Made by a program: the position numbers and the translations under genes. This document shows, piece by piece, positions 63,386 to 64,000 of a DNA stretch of 64,000 nt (position 1 is the stretch's first letter; every line of letters starts with the position of its first letter). The notes under the pieces are model-generated. The model searched no databases and was not told where the DNA came from. It worked only from the letters and a program-made list of their open reading frames with translations. This stretch comes from Camelus ferus (taxonomy: Eukaryota): NCBI RefSeq assembly GCF_009834535.1, contig NC_045697.1:37326001-37390000 (forward strand). Direction: 5' to 3'.

Positions 63386-63439
63386 AAAAAAAAGAATTTG
63401 GAATTGGCTAGGCGTTGTCAGTTCTTATTACAGGATTAC

Positions 63440-64000
63440 CAATGCCAACTGATGCTTTTCTGCCCTTATCTTATTTGACCTCCCTAAGAGATAAGTGACA
63501 CCTGAACACTCCCTGAAATCTCCTTGTGCCACAGCCCTCTCTGTTTTTGCCTTTCTGACCCTTCCTTATCTGAATTCTGGCCTTTGTGGGATCCTCTTTT
63601 TCTGCTTGTCCTTTAAATGTGTTTCCCTTAGTGCTGACATCAGCCCCTGTTTTTCCTGTGGGGTACACTCCATCTGGGGTGACCTCACCCAAACCTCTTG
63701 GCTGCAGCCACCTCTCTATGGCCCGGCCCCATGCTGAGCTTCAGGTCCGCAGATCTGGCTGGCGAGAACCCGCCAGGCTCAACTCCACATCCTTCTCTTT
63801 CCATTACAAACCTGCTTCCATGTCTTGCTGCAGGGAAGCAGGTGGCAGCTGACACCAGACATCTGTCCCTCCCTCCACTCACCTACCACAATACTGTCAG
63901 TGATCACCATCTACTGGGTCTGCTAAGCGTCTCTCTCCTTCACCCCCCTCGCCATTCTCATCTCTGGGAACCTAATCCAGTTCACCATTCCTTCCGTGGT
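63440..64000 (+). mobile_element. L2 fragment
   Basis: cccttatcttatttgacctccc...tgacacct...cactccctgaaa...tacactccatctggggtgacctcaccca. Confidence 0.6.

Noticed and set aside
1..64000. CRISPR arrays, prokaryote-type systems, rRNA or mitochondrial inserts
   Set aside because: No regularly spaced repeats, operon-like ORFs, or rRNA/mtDNA-like sequence seen; the window is mammalian repeat-rich DNA.

Overview
Mammalian non-coding DNA, most likely camelid: it carries about 12 copies of a tRNA-derived SINE matching the Tylopoda vic-1 family, plus many young 5'-truncated L1 3' ends. I find no recognisable intact protein-coding gene, and the ORF track is mostly chance or repeat-derived frames; the only clear protein homology is an L1 ORF2 C-terminal fragment at 20389-20655(-). 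Much of the window is interspersed repeats (L1, L2, MIR, MaLR/ERVL/ERV1 LTRs, hAT and mariner MITEs), with unique stretches containing enhancer-like motif clusters and a few exon-like segments. The most notable items are: an unidentified ~370-bp insert with target-site duplication (TSD) at 8405-8774; a ~88-bp near-perfect inverted duplication inside an old L2 at 18602-18921; a multi-layer nested transposon stack at ~19500-23020 that includes a twin-primed L1; and a possible spliced non-coding transcript at ~10.5-13.3 kb. Repeat family names come from recall of consensus motifs and boundaries are approximate. I cannot support a claim of a new biological system; the insert at 8405-8774 is the best lead.
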